A stretch of 64,000 nucleotides of DNA from Chiloscyllium plagiosum (lineage: Eukaryota). Location: assembly GCF_004010195.1 (NCBI RefSeq), contig NC_057719.1, forward strand, positions 41,920,139-41,984,138, in the 5' to 3' direction. Of this stretch, positions 1 to 13,345 are shown piece after piece (the first letter of the stretch is position 1; each line of letters starts with the position of its first letter). Both the position numbers and the translations under genes were made by a program. The notes under the pieces were generated by a model. It was not told where the DNA came from, ran no database searches, and saw only the letters and a list, made by a program, of their open reading frames with translations.

Positions 1-95
1 TGAAACACAGGTAAATGGGGCTAGCTCAGTTTAGGAGAGCTGGTCAAGGAATTGGATGGAAGGGCCTGTTTCTGGGCTTTATGACTCTATGACTC
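1..95 (+). mobile_element. CR1 LINE 3' tail
   Basis: gaagggcctgtttc followed by terminal tatgactctatgactc repeat, as in the CR1 end at 45160-45198. Confidence 0.65.
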
Positions 96-1787
96 AAAAG
101 GAAAAGGAAAATGGGGGTCTCCAGTGTTCCATTCACTGAGGTCTTATTCAGGGAGTTTTGCCAGTCTCAATACATTCTTGCCAAATTAATAAATTAACTT
201 CATGCCAAAGGCCTGACCAATCCATTCAGATACTTCTGGATTTCAATACTGTTCAACGCCAGTTACATCAGGTTTTTTTCAGTCCAGATTCCTGAAGTAT
301 TTCCACTCCAGCATGTCAGGCAGGATGCACTCTGAAGTTGTGGGAAATCCTCTGCAAATAAAGAGCTCTTTGGTATGTTGGTCAATTTCTGACCAACAGG
401 AGAACACTTCGGCTATTGCTCTCAGCTGCCCTGATTTTAATTTTCAAGGAAGTCTGAGACTAGAGAACATGTAACAGAAAATCTTAGATTTTGTGTTCAG
501 CAGATGGAAAGATCAAAATTATTAAGGTCACTGGAGAGGCTTCAATTGGTAGAAGGCATTTTATTGTTTTGATCGGGAGAAGAGTCATGCTCATGTTTGT
601 CACCATATTATACAGATGTACCACAAGGGTTTATCTCAAAGTGAGTTATAATCCTGCATTATGTACTCTGAAACAAATGGGGAATGTTGTCAGCCAGTTT
701 TCATGAAGATGATATCCTTTAAATATTTACCAAAGCATAAAGCAATTTCACTGCTGCATGCAGGAATATTAACCTATAAAATCAGCTATGTAAATAACAT
801 TCTATTTAAAATCATAGTCCTTGAAATTATACAGTATGGAAATAGGTTGAAAAGCGTAATGCATTTGAAATTCTTCTTTCCTGCTATTGTGAGTTGTATT
901 AATCAATTTATTTTGAAAGGTTAATGCTAAAGTTAAAAACGCGAAAAAAGCAATTTGAAATGAACATATTAAATGTTCATATGTATCAACCCATATCATA
1001 ATTTCAAGGTCATTTAAAAAATTCATTGTTATTTATTTGGAGGTTGGTTGCTTTCCTTCCACTGTTTAATAGATTGCCAAACCCTACTGGTTTCTTAAAT
1101 ATTTGCAGAAACATGTTGGAAACATAGCATTTACTTTTTGAAATGTTCTATGTGTCTCTTATAGAATGTGCAACAATTATCTTTTGCTATTTTGATTTTC
1201 TTTCGCTCCTGTATCCATAGATTCCAGACCTTTGGTCCTTTTGCAAGGATGCTTTTTAATATAATCATGTAAACAGGAAGATGTGGAAATCCCTTGACTG
1301 GTCTCGCAGAGTAACTTTGGTAGACAGAAGACCAGCAGAACTTTTGGAGAAAAAGTCGATAATCAATTGAGGATCAGTTGACTTCCCACCAGCATTACAA
1401 CTTGAGACTGTGAAATCCCTGGGGGAGCATCAGTAATGTAAACTGAGGACAATAACCATGTAATTTCCATTTGTTTTCCAATGTCCAAATATGTTAGCTT
1501 TCTGTCAACCAACACTAGATAGCTACCAGAATTAGAAGTATAGGTTCATTCTTCAATCCTTCAAGAATGGCTACACAATGGCTAGTAATAACTCCTAATC
1601 CCTACTGCAACTGAGAAAAACCAATAAAGGACTGAGTAAGCACATTGCTAGCCTGTATGGTTCAAATGTTATATTCAGTCACTGAAGAGCTCTCAAAAGC
1701 TTGTCTGCAAATTTCTTTCCTTCATAGTTAAGTGGACTGTGTTGTATGGTTTGCAAGTATGTTAATCCTGTTGAATTTTCTTTTTTC

Positions 1788-2076
1788 CAGTGTGGAAACA
1801 GGCCCTTCGGCCCAACAAGTCCACACCGACCCGCTGAAGCGCAACCCACCCCTCTACATTTATCCCTTCACCTAACATTACGGGCAATTTAGCATGGCCA
1901 ATTCACCTAACCTGCACATTTTTTGAATGTGGGAGGAAACCGGAGCACCCGAAGGAAACCCACGCAGACACAGGGAGAATGTGCAAACTACACACAGTCA
2001 GTCGCCTGAGGTGGGAATTGAACCCGGGTCTCTGGCGCTGTGAGGCAGCAATGCTAACCACTGTGCCACCGTGCCC
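1788..2076 (-). mobile_element. HE1-type V-SINE (tRNA head, V core, CR1 tail)
   Basis: Minus strand GGCACGGTGGCACAGTGG (A box), GGTTCAATTCC (B box), GGTGCTCCGGTTTCCTCCCACA core, CR1-like tail GAAGGGCCTGTTTCCACAC. Confidence 0.85.
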
Positions 2077-2094
2077 CCCACAAGTTATGTGTCA

Positions 2095-2750
2095 CAGAGT
2101 CATACAGTCAGAGTCATACAGCTTTGAAATAGATCCTTTCGTCTAACTCGTCCACATTGACCATGTTCCCAAAGTAAACTAGTCCCACCTGCCTGCGCTT
2201 TCCTATTCATTAACTTATTCAAACATCTTTTAAATGCTGTAACTGTACCCGCATCCACCACTTCTTCAGAACTATTCTGTGTGTAAAAAAGCTGCCCCTC
2301 ATGTCCTTTTTAAATCTTTCTCCTTTCACCTTTAAAAATGCCCGCTAGTTTTGAACTCCCCCAGCCAAGAGAAAAGATCCTTATCATCCACCTGCTCTAT
2401 GGCCCTCATGATTTTATAAATCTCAATCTCCTATACTTCACTGAAAAAATGTCCCAGCTTTTCCAATCTATTTTTATATCTTAAACCCTGCATTCCCAAG
2501 AACTTGCTGGTAAATCTTTGTGGAACCCTCTCCAGTTTAAAAGTCTTCTTCCTATAACAGGGCAACCAGAACAGCACACAGTATTCCAGAAGAGGCCTCA
2601 CAATGTTCTGTACAACCACATGATGTCCCAACTCCTATACTCAACGGTCTGAGCAATGAAGGAAAGTGTGCCGAATGCCTTCTTAACCACCTTGTCTACC
2701 CATGTTGCAAATGTCAAAGAATTATGTATCAGAACCCCTGGGTCTCTCTC
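2095..2750 (-). mobile_element. CR1 LINE 3' fragment
   Basis: ORF track RPLLEYCVLFW...KLERVPQRFT; terminal gactct repeats near 2095. Confidence 0.85.
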
Positions 2751-3162
2751 TTCTAATCATTACAAAGTTACTAATAGGTTTTAATTCTCTAAGCAGATGG
2801 GATCAGTTATGAAATCTTGTTCATGATCTGAATTCACTTCAGATTCTGAATGTACAGCAAGTATGGGCATAAAGCAGGATAATACAGTGTGAAAGTGATA
2901 TACTAATGAATGGACAGATACCTTCATTTATGACATTTATTGTATAACAGTTGAATGAATTATTTTCTCTTTAATATATAAACAGCAGAAGTCAGGAATT
3001 CCAAAATGAGCTACATTGGAGTTGTAAATATAAATGTACTAACTTCTTAATTGCAAGTCAATGCAGTTAAATGTAATTTGGAAAATTGCAGTTAAATTCA
3101 TTTTAACATTTCTGAACTGAGAAAAAATTATTAAACACTTCAAGGAATTCATCAAAACTCAC

Positions 3163-3274
3163 CATAATTGTCTTGCTGTTCCCGCCTAGTGCAGTGCTAA
3201 GCAGCCTGGTAAGTATTGAGTTACGGTAAGGAATGTACTGAACTCTCTTGCCCACAGCCTTGTCCGATAGGGAA
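3163..3274 (-). CDS. KIF28: KIF28-like kinesin, exon 7 ([37 protein letters not shown])
   Basis: [22 protein letters not shown] motif; acceptor gtgcag|T completes the Ser codon from exon 6; donor ATG|GTGAGT; 112 nt. Confidence 0.93.
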
Positions 3275-3482
3275 CTGCACAATATTTAATGAACAGTAAG
3301 CAGTTTCTCACTTTAACAACAGGTACATAAAGCCATCAAGGCTTGGTCACACTGATTTTGTTTCGTACAAAAAATTGCCAGTTCAGATGTTGGGCATAAA
3401 TATTAAAACTGTAAGCTGAACTCCAAAAGCAATATTGGTTTCATTTATTTTTTGAAGAAAGGTCAGATTGGGTTAAGCTCAC

Positions 3483-3637
3483 CTAATAACATTTCCAAGA
3501 GTTGTTAGACTGAGATTGATTGCCCGTGCTTCATTGAATCTGTCAGGAGCAGTTCCTGCACTTCGTTGCCTTTCACTGCCAGCCAAATCCACCAAGTTAA
3601 TCTCTGAATGCTTTGTCATGAATTGGTTTGCAAACAC
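3483..3637 (-). CDS. KIF28: KIF28-like kinesin, exon 6 ([24 protein letters not shown]...[12 protein letters not shown])
   Basis: Switch [11 protein letters not shown] read by hand on the minus strand; acceptor taacag|GTG, donor AG|GTGAGC; 155 nt, ends in phase 2. Confidence 0.93.
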
Positions 3638-4381
3638 CTGTTATGAATACTAAACAGTTATTTATTTCTTCATCAAGCTTATGTCAAGGTAACTGTCAAG
3701 TTGAGTGGAATACGATAGATGCACTATGAATTATGGACATAAAAATAAAGATAAAAAATGTTTTGAATAGCATGTAAGTACATACATGGTGTGTGATAGT
3801 GGGAACCTTGTTGTAACAATCATTGTCAGATTAGAAATAAGGAATATTGAAAAATGTTTATACAAATATTTAAGCAACTATTCAACAAGTGAGAAAGTAA
3901 AAATTGAATTCCTAGTTAATCCTTTTCATGTGTATGGTATTGTAGAAATTTAAAGGATTTGAAAGAATTAGGTAGAGCAGCAAATCAGAGCTGTTTTAAA
4001 TACCTGGTGGCAGCATTATTGACTGCTCCAGAAAAATATATTGCTTTTCAATAATACCCCAGTATTGAATGACATGATTCTAATTTAACATGGATGTGGA
4101 ATAAATTATGAACAGGAAAAATCCTTGCAGTTGACAATCAATACTGCTGGATATAAATAATGGAGTCAATAGTGATAATTCACTTTCTTTTGTGGGAAAG
4201 GACATCAGCATCTCATCTACAGACACCTAATACCACTAACCTAATGGACAACCTACACCGACATATAAATCATTGCCATTAACTGTTGAAGAACCAGGTA
4301 GTTTTGTTATTCATACCACAGTAGGGACTGATTCTCAGTTTTGAAGCAATTCAAGTTTGAAGCAGCTCTAATGGTTAGGTG

Positions 4382-4582
4382 TCGAGCGTGTAGTGCTGGA
4401 AAAGCACAGCGGGTCAGGCAGCATCCGAGGATTAGGAAAATCGACGTTTCAGACATTAGCCCTTCATCAGGAACATCCTGATGCCTGAAACATCGATTTT
4501 CCTGCTCCTTGGATGCTGCCTGACCTGTTGTGCTTTTCCAGCCCCACACTGTCGACTCTGATCTCCAGCATCTCACTTTCTC
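4382..4582. mobile_element. Palindromic PLE terminal element (family A)
   Basis: Inverted arms; hammerhead core on minus at 4443-4470; TSD ctaatggtt(a/c)ggtg at 4368-4381 and 4583-4596. Confidence 0.8.
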
Positions 4583-6296
4583 CTAATGGTTCGGTGCCCA
4601 ACATCACTGGGAAGAAGCAGAATCAATGTTCATGGTTGAGTATTTTTATTCTTCTATTGGTTAAATGAAAGTGGGAGTTCAGGTCACTATAAAGTCTTCA
4701 ATCAACTTCCAATTATATCCAAAGTGTTAATTTTCGAATTTATCATTTGTGTACACAATAGGAAAACATCATAAAGAGGATATTTGCTATTAAGCCAAAC
4801 TCATTTAGAAAATATTAATCTTCATAATGTTATCATTCATAATTCAGTGACATATCTGTATATAGGAGATATTGGAAGAATGAGTGTGGAGGATGCCTGG
4901 GAGGGCATGAGGCAAAAGTAGTCCTGAAGGGTTTTACAGCCTGATATTCATGGTACAATTGGGTTGTTGTCAAAATTAAGAGATGTGCCAAAGAGAGAGA
5001 AACATAGATGGACAATTGCCTCGATCATTTGCCATCTTGTGCTTCCTGCTGGTGGTTTAGGGTCTGGTTCTATTCCACTCCTGCATCCCCAGAACAAAAA
5101 TATGGCAAGTGTTTGTAAAAGGCAGGTCTGCTGACTTCCTATACTCAAACTCCCCACTCCCTCTTCAAAAACCCAACCCTACCTTGACTGTGCCTCTTTA
5201 TCCACCCTGTTTATCACATCCTCAAGGAAGGCTAAATTGTAAAATGGAATTTTCCTTTCATAAAATCATATTGACTCAACTTGATTGCGTTATGATTAAC
5301 GAAATATCCTGCTACTTCCTTAATGTTGTCACCTGAACTACTCTTTTTTACAGGTCTCCTTTAATCTAATTTCCTGTTTCCAGTTGCCTGGCATTGCAAT
5401 GTCAAGCTTGAGTTCAGTATTCAGTGACTGTGCTCCAATGCGATTGACAATCTTGAGACAATTCTCAGTACAAGAAGAATTCATCAGTCAATCTACTCAC
5501 CCATAATATGGGGCATTATAAATTAATTATGCAAAGAAGCCAAAATAATTAATGTGTTCTCAGTTTTGAAATGGAAGGCATCTAGTTACATGCAATACAT
5601 AGATATTGGGTAGTGTTAATTTAATGAAAATGAACCATTCTCAGCCCACACAACACATATCATGGATTTCATTGACATAAACTTTGAAATCAGGTTTCTC
5701 AGGGAAAATGTGTAGTTTGTGTTGGATGTGGGATAGCTTTGTTTGATGGCTTATTTAGAAAAAAATGGCTACCATGCATGATTTCTTCATTTAATCCAGG
5801 ACAGGATTCCAGTTCTAAAGCTAGATTACTTTGTGATGATTCCTCATCCAGAAAGGACATAAGGTTTGGGAATTTCCTTTCACCCCCTCAACCTATTCAA
5901 AAAGCTCATTTAACTTCTCATGATCAGAATGTCCTCACTCTGGGCCAAGTCTCTGACCTTTGATCATTGGCTTCCTGCTCTGTGAACTGAGAACTGAGGG
6001 AATGGCTTTCAAAGTTAAGTAAGTGATTATATGGAGTTCCTGAGGTGATAACAGTCAAACAATTGAGTAGGAACCTCAACAGAAGGCAGACCTAAGGCAA
6101 TATAGAGTTAACTTCACAGTAGTAAAATTATTCCTCATAAATAGCCTCAGCGGTATATATTGAAATCAATCTTGGGATGTTAAAAATGTGGAACAGTCAG
6201 GAATTTAAGGATCATATTCAGTTTGAAACCATTCACAGTTTTAAATATATTTTTCTTGTAATTAGGAGACAATCCATTATGCAATAAAAAGTGCCT

Positions 6297-6501
6297 ACCT
6301 TTTTACTCAGAGAGTAGTAAGGGTATGGAATGCTTTGCCTGCAAAGGTAGTAGATTCGCCAACTTTAAGTACATTTAAGTCGTCACAGGACAAGCATATG
6401 GACGTACATGGAATAGTGTAGGTTAGATGGGCTTCAGATTGGTATGACAGGTCGGCGCAATATCGAGGGCCGAAAGGCCTGTACTGTAATGTTCTATGTT
6501 C
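6297..6501 (+). mobile_element. CR1 LINE 3' end
   Basis: FTQRVVRVWNALP-coding segment; tail closely matches the minus-strand CR1 end at 20547-20770. Confidence 0.85.
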
Positions 6502-7121
6502 ATATTTAATTGTGCAATCCTTACTAGCCCTGATAAATCATTGTGTGATATGCATTACTGAATTGATAGAAATCGACTGTTCTGAAATTCCAGTTCCACA
6601 TACACTCACCCTGGAGATCCAATAATATAGAAAATTCAATACTGATTTATACATATCACCAATCAGGTTAAGAATACACATCTTGCAAAGGATTCTGGTT
6701 CTCTACAGACATCTCAAAACATAGTATATGCCTAGAATATAGCTGCTGGTTTTTAGATTTTGACAGATTTTGCACAGTACATTGCTAAGACTTGAAATGC
6801 CCTTGCCATCATGATCTTTACATTTGCACATTCATTTTTTAGCTATTGGACACGCATAAAAGTGTTATTAAAGTTTATCAGATGCAAGCTTCCGAAGTTT
6901 TTCTGAGTTCCAAAGTTTTTGTTTCCTCAAATCTGACTTATAATTGATATGAATTTGTATCCAGAGAGGATATGTTAGCTGATGCAACAATACTTAATAA
7001 AACCTTATAAATATTCTATTACACATAATACAATTATTCACAAACATTAGATTATATTGTATAGAAATATTACATTCCAAAAGAGTAGCACACATTTAGT
7101 AGTGTGACATGTTTCAAGTGA

Positions 7122-7330
7122 TGGAAATGTGTTGCTGGAGAAGCGCAGCAGGTCAGGCAGCATCTAGGGAACAGGAGAATCAACGTTTCGGGCATTAGCC
7201 CTTCTTCAGGAAGGGCTAATGCCCGAAACGTCGATTCTCCTGTTCCCTAGATGCTGCCTGACCTGCTGCGCTTCTCCAGCAACACATTTCCATCTCTGAT
7301 CTCCAGCATCTGCAGACCTCATTTTCTCTT
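7122..7330. mobile_element. Palindromic PLE terminal element (family A)
   Basis: Near-perfect inverted arms; exact 14-bp TSD catgtttcaagtga at 7108-7121 and 7331-7344; hammerhead core on minus at 7182-7209. Confidence 0.88.
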
Positions 7331-7439
7331 CATGTTTCAAGTGACCTTGGCACAAAATGAAATCTGAGACATCTCCACCTCAGGTCACATGCTATGATAC
7401 AATAATAATTCAAGTGTTTATTAAAGGAACACTTGACAT

Positions 7440-8038
7440 GTTGACCATGAGATATAAGAGATGTGATGTCATGCTGTACCTTTATAGAGCCCTGGTTGGA
7501 CCACACTTGGAATATTGTGTTCAGTTTTGGTCACCTCATTTCAGGAAGGATGTGGAAGCTTTAGAGAAGGTGTAGAGGAGATTTACCAGGATGCTGCCTG
7601 GACTGGAGGGTATGTCTTATGAAGAAAGGTTGAGGGAGCTAGGGTTCCACTTATTGGAGTGAAGAAGGATGCAAGGTGACTTCATAGAGGCTTACAAGAT
7701 GATGAGAGGCAGAGATAGAGTGGATGGTCAGTGACATTTTCCCAGAGCAAAAATAGCTATCATGAGAGGGTATAATTTTAAGGTGATTGGAGGAAGGTTT
7801 AGGGGAAATGTCAGAGGTTGGTTCTTTACACAGAGAGTGGTGGGTGTGTGGAATGCACTGCCAGCAGTCGTAGTAGAGTCAGATACATTAGGGACATTGA
7901 AGCGACTCTTGGATAGACACATGGAAGATGGTACAACGAAGAATATGTCTGTTAGTCTGATTTTGGAGTAGGATAATAGGTCAGCACAACATCGAGGGCC
8001 AAAGGGCCTTTACTGTGCTGTGCTGTTCTCTGTTCTAT
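7440..8038 (+). mobile_element. CR1 LINE 3' fragment
   Basis: LYRALVGPHLEYCVQFWSP and FFTQRVVGVWNALP; CR1 tail. Confidence 0.9.
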
Positions 8039-8279
8039 AACACATCATCCCACTTTTCCCAATGATGAAAATTTATCCAAAACAGATGTGCATGACTGTA
8101 TATCAGCACTCCCTTATAATTTGATAATTACACTAACGGGTAAAACAGAGTTTATATGACCAATATTTTATATTTCAATGTAATGCTTTAGAGATCTAAT
8201 AACACACCCTGATTTATCTGGAGGGATACACAATATTCACTGTTGCTCACTTATTGTACAATTAGTTTGTCTTCCTGCT

Positions 8280-10500
8280 GTTTATGGCTGTTTGGTTTGA
8301 GCTGGCTTCTGATCCTACAAATGCCACGATCAGTTATGATTTTGTATTATTTAGGCTGGTTGCATTTTATGAAGCTTTTGCTGGTATCTACAAATTTGTA
8401 TTTGTATTTATAACTGACATTCTCAGCTCAGTATGCAGCCTGGATAGTTCTCTACTTGCTCTCATTGTGTATTTCTTTCATTCTCCTCTATATTTGAAGG
8501 AAATTGTCCTGGATGGTTATCCCTTGTCCATTGATGTTGCATGAAAATGTAGCAATGCTATGCATGTATCTTCTTCGTTGTTTGACACTTAATGATTATT
8601 AATTTGATAGTATGTACCATTTGATCTGCTAGAATATTTGAGCAGAGATATTATGATAACAATGTGATACGGGTCAATCCCCATATAGCAAACGTTGAAA
8701 TGGTTTGAAAGTGTTCTGCAGTCCGACGTCAGAGATTATCTGATCCAGGATACCAAATAAGCCAAAAATAACACTCATTGTGCCAATGATGTTTGTGCTG
8801 TTTATGTTGCTAAACCATTGAACAGCAGGCACTACGAGGATGCAATCAACTCTGTGCACTGTGTATCGTTCTGCTCCTATTTTTGTCCAAGTAGTGACTT
8901 GTGTGGATAAAGAGGTTCCCTTCACTGCTGGGTTGCTATGTTTCTCACATGCATTCATGAGTCATTGAATATCCTGATTTATTCCTGGTCAGTGCATGAT
9001 TCCAGTAAGATGGACATGCTACCTTGCCCTAATGCTTTTGATATTAAGACTTATTTAACCTTGAAAATGATTTGCCCTGATGTAACAATTTCATCTCTGC
9101 ATAGCAAAACTGAATAAATCTTTGCAAGTTCTTCTTTAACACTATCAGACCATTCCTCAATAATGATTATTTACATTTCTTGTGGTTGTTCATGTTCAAC
9201 AGCTGTTAGTTGCATCTGTTCAGACTGGTCAAAGTGTCACAGATTAACCTTGAGAACTTCTTAGTCAATAATGTCAATTTGTAGATTAAGCAGAATATTT
9301 TATGTGGGCTGGCAATCTGTTCAGTGTGTCAAATACAAACATCTTGGTACTTGGTTAAAACCTCACTTCAAAGTCATATCCTTTTAGATTACTTCGATTG
9401 GTTCAAATGTGAACTGCTCTGCCTCAGTTGGTGTGGTTTGAATCTCCTGAATTGTGAACACATTGAGATCTGTGCACACTGGTAGGTCTATGTCTGGACC
9501 GATGGTATCTATCAGGAAAAGGATTTTGGGAAACCAAGATGAGCTTGAGTATTGGCACTGCAGTGTGATTCTGTCAAAGAATGAAGTTGTTTTCCATCAT
9601 ATCCTGAGTTATTCTAGAGTGTACCACAGATTTCCATTTGTTGAGGTGCATATCTTTCAGAATGCTTAGTGATGACTTGATTTCATTAGCTCCTGAGTTG
9701 ATTTTTACTTATAGTATGTGCTTTCCTGTCTTTTCAGGACATATAATACTATTGTTTTGATCACTTTATACTAACGACACGGTTTGTAAGCCTAACAATA
9801 TGGAAAGTATCAGTAATCTTCTGACATTTATCTCTCACTTGGTTGATTCAGAACTTCACTGATCTGTTTACTTTTGTGCAATTTCTTAATACTTTCTTTA
9901 ATGCCAGTGTTTGGTGTTATACTACCTTATTGGTCATATGTGTTGTGATCTAGGATCTGGCTTGACTGTGGGAACCAAATTTTGCACATGTACCCATACT
10001 CCTTGGTGCCACAAGATTCACAGATATCAAGAAAAGTTGGACTAGTTTTGGGTAGATGTGATAAATCACATTGGTTACAGATTTAGATGGTTTGATGCAA
10101 CTTGCTGACTGTAACAATACTGTTGGTGACATCAAAATCATGGAACTGCTGTTGACTTTGCAATGTGGGTTCATACGAGCGTCCATCCTCAGGTAATGCA
10201 TAAATGGTATCACACGTTTTTTTTTCCCAAAAGATCTTTTCTAAAGGTCTTCACTGATGTAGAAGCAGATGCACCTTGCTGATAATACCTCTTCAGAAAT
10301 ATTATACTCATGTTTTTTGCTGTGGCATCTTCTGTCATACTCATCAACAGGCTCTTCAAGCAGCTGTCTGTGTGACATGAGTTGGAGTTTGTAAATCCTG
10401 AAGTTAAGTCTACCTTGAGCTGGTCTTTGATGATCTTTCCAGATCTCTTCTGGATCTTTTCTGATCATCCACGGAAAGACCAGTTGTTCTAATTTTGCCA
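8280..10500 (-). mobile_element. Highly decayed LINE, possibly RTE-like
   Basis: Only scattered, frameshifted LINE-like peptide remnants on minus; no intact motif. Confidence 0.35.
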
Positions 10501-10727
10501 ATAGCAAGAGTGATTTTCAGAGCCTGTGTCTCATAAAAATTTATTTTACAGGTTTTGCATTTCTCTCCTATTTTTCTTCTTGCTTCTCATCTTTTTAATT
10601 TTTCTCTGCTATTGCTCTTTTAAGAAATGTGGCCTTGAAGTTTAAGAACCTAAGGCTTGTAATAGCAGATTTTGACTCTAGGTAGCAATCATGCCAAAAA
10701 AGGGAATAGTGATACTGATGATAGGAG

Positions 10728-10930
10728 CAAATAACTGCAGATGCTGGAATCTGTACTGAACAACAAATGCTGGAGATCACAGGAAGTCAGACAGCATCCA
10801 TGGAGAGACAGCAAGCTAACATTTCAACTCTAGATGACTCTTCATTGGAGCTGAGTGGATGTGCCCTGATGAGCATGGACAGCATGGATGCTGTCTGACC
10901 CGCTGTGATCTTCAGCATTTGTAGTTTTCA
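10728..10930. mobile_element. Degenerate palindromic PLE terminal element (family-A relative)
   Basis: ctgcagatgctgg tail and arm aaatgctggagatcacagg...gtcagacagcatccatg, mirrored by catggatgctgtctgacc...gtgatcttcagcattt. Confidence 0.65.
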
Positions 10931-11739
10931 ATTATGATACTATGCCAGCTTTCTTTTCAGTTTCACACTGATTTGCAGGAAGTAAATGGCGAAACTCACA
11001 GACATCATATTGCAGGTAAACCTTTGACACATAGGAAATCATTATTTTAGTGTTTCTAAGCAGTTTTTTTGTTAAGATCCTTTGAAACAGTGCTTTCAGG
11101 ACTGTTTAACTGCCTTTTTAATGAAATCAGATCAAGGGACTGTCTAGCTTGTTTCTTTTTAAAGAGAGAGAGTATGTATGGTGCTTCAAATCTGTAACTT
11201 TAGTTTTGATTGTAATTTCATTTTTAAGTAAAGCACTCATAAAAGTTTCCTGTGTCTTGAATGAATTTATATTCAAGCCAAAAAGAATTTAACTCTGTTC
11301 AAATCAAAAGGAATTTAACTCTGTCTTTTTGGTGGTCAATGCCTTAAATAGAGATATGTACTGCTGCTGAATGTCTGAATTCCCTGTTACCATGAGGCTG
11401 CTATTCAGTTGATCTTCCATTAGTTTTCCAGATATCTACCACATAGAGGAAAATGAAGCTTTTATACCCTCAAATCATATATTATGGTGAATGATAATGT
11501 CATGGGATTATGCCTTCTGCTCCTTGATTCTCCCACAAGGGGAAGCAACTTTTCAACATCAACCCTGTCAATTCCCCCAAGAATGAGTACAGGCGCAATC
11601 TACTCAGCCTGTCTTCATATCCACTCATTTCTTTCTCACTGATGTTACACTCACTGGTTTATATCTGCACTAAGGCATTAGTGTGGTGATCTAGACCTGC
11701 TATCATTGTGTGAATTAGTATTTACTGAACTTACAAACG

Positions 11740-13085
11740 CACCAATTGCACAGTTGAGTTTAGTTTTAACAATGCCACAAATGACCATATAATGATGATG
11801 AGATAGGATCCCTGCTCGGCCCAGATTATGAAATCACCTTTGTTCGGTTTCTCAAGAAACCTCCTAACTCTTACGTACTTCTGATATGTAAATGACAGTT
11901 GAATCTACAACTGTCTGTAAAAATATCCTTGCATTTTTTAATGAGCTACATCATGAACTCAAATTGAAGTTTGAAATATTCAATGATTTCCCTTGCCTCA
12001 ATGACCTAGTTGAGAAATTGACTGGGGTTCTCCACAACTGTCCGTCACAAACCTATTTTCACGGGTTAGTATAAGTAGTTCTTTCTCTAATGCAATGGTT
12101 GTGTTCTCGCGCAACCCCACATTATAGAAAAATTGCACTTTAGAAACACCATTAAACGTGTTGGCGATGAAATCGCATTACAGCCAACACATGTTTTAAA
12201 GGTTCACATTTTAGAAACAATGTCCCTAATTTGTCAATTGTGTTACGGTGAATTTGCATTAACGAAATGCACAATATAGCAGAATGTCCTGTATTTGTAC
12301 AGTTTCACGCACTTGGAAATTAACTACATCAGCAATTTCCTAAACAGGGCCAGAGCCACTTGTTCATCCTGCAAGCTTAATGTACAAGTCAGGCACATCA
12401 AGCCATCCTAGGTGAAAATGGGACACTGGTCAGATCATTTCTCACTGTATATCATGCAAACCCATATGCTAAGGTTATCACTTTTGGCTCTGAAAATCTT
12501 GGTCTACCTCAAATGAAGGGTAAGATATCTCAAATGTTTGAGTTACAGGTGAAGCTGGCAGTTTCATGATGCAATTATGCAAAAGTAGCCTGAGTGGTGT
12601 CCCCCACAACAGGTTGCTGCTGTCAAGCCAAGAAGCTGTTTTGTCTGTCAAACAACTGTATGATATGATATATGAATTGCAGTGCCAGTGTGTTGCCATG
12701 TAAGTACACCCTAAACACTGAAAGATCATATCAAATAACTTGTCCCTTTAGCATTCAAATGAGTGAAGTAGTGTTTGCACCAAACCAGCCTATAGTTGAA
12801 AACCTCACAATACAGTGTCCAACAATTGGATGTTTGCTGGATAATCCTAAATAGACTAAGTAGCAAAGAATTATGCTGACAACAATCTAAGATAGCCAGT
12901 TAGGCTGACAGTATGGTGCATTTGTATGTACTGGAAGCTACATATATTAATACACAGGGGCCTACACTTACACATACATTGCCTGTTACAGCTTAACAAA
13001 ATAGGTGATAACAATTTGATGGTTCATTTCTCAGGGCAATGCCTTTGCTAACCAAAATCAAACGGCTCGGTTTACTGTTTGAACA
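11740..13085 (+). mobile_element. Decayed Penelope-like element (family C): RT and GIY-YIG remnants
   Basis: Frameshifted motifs in the right order: EFSFNN, GSLLGP, YF*YVND (YxRYVDD), KPIFTG, NRARATCS, IYELQCQC, VLEATYI. Confidence 0.7.
12073..12293. mobile_element. Probable Tc1/pogo (Tigger-like) MITE inside the family-C element
   Basis: Interrupts the PLE peptide remnants; right end ...atagcagaatgtcctg-TA, loosely inverted to left end TA-...gtagttctttctcta. Confidence 0.45.
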
Positions 13086-13089
13086 AAGA

Positions 13090-13345
13090 CTGTAAGAAAT
13101 AGGAACAGAATAGGCCATTCGGCCCCACAAGCCCACTCCACCATTCAACAAGTTCATAGCTAATCTGAGATTCTCCACTTTCCCGCCCTTTCCCCATAAT
13201 CCTGATTTCCCTACTGATCTACCTATCTCAGCCTTAAATACACACAAGGACTCTGTCCTCACAACGCTTTGTGGCAAAGAGTTCCAAAGATGCACATTCC
13301 ACCTGGGGAAATAATTCTTCCTCATCTGTCTTAAATTGGTGCCCC
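13090..13345 (-). mobile_element. CR1 LINE 3' end
   Basis: NYFPRWNVHLWNSLPQ...FKAEI; tail gaatggcctattctgttcctatttctta. Confidence 0.8.

Noticed and set aside
1788..2076. Possible tRNA genes here and at other A/B-box sites
   Set aside because: These are SINE heads followed by SINE bodies; no complete cloverleaf.
100..3100. Next KIF28 exon (expected IAxxSPA...ETLSTLRYA)
   Set aside because: Not found by eye on the minus strand; presumably beyond the window.
11279..11325. Short tandem duplication (also 46467-46500 and 49483-49513)
   Set aside because: Two or three unit slippage duplications without spacers; not CRISPR or a functional array.
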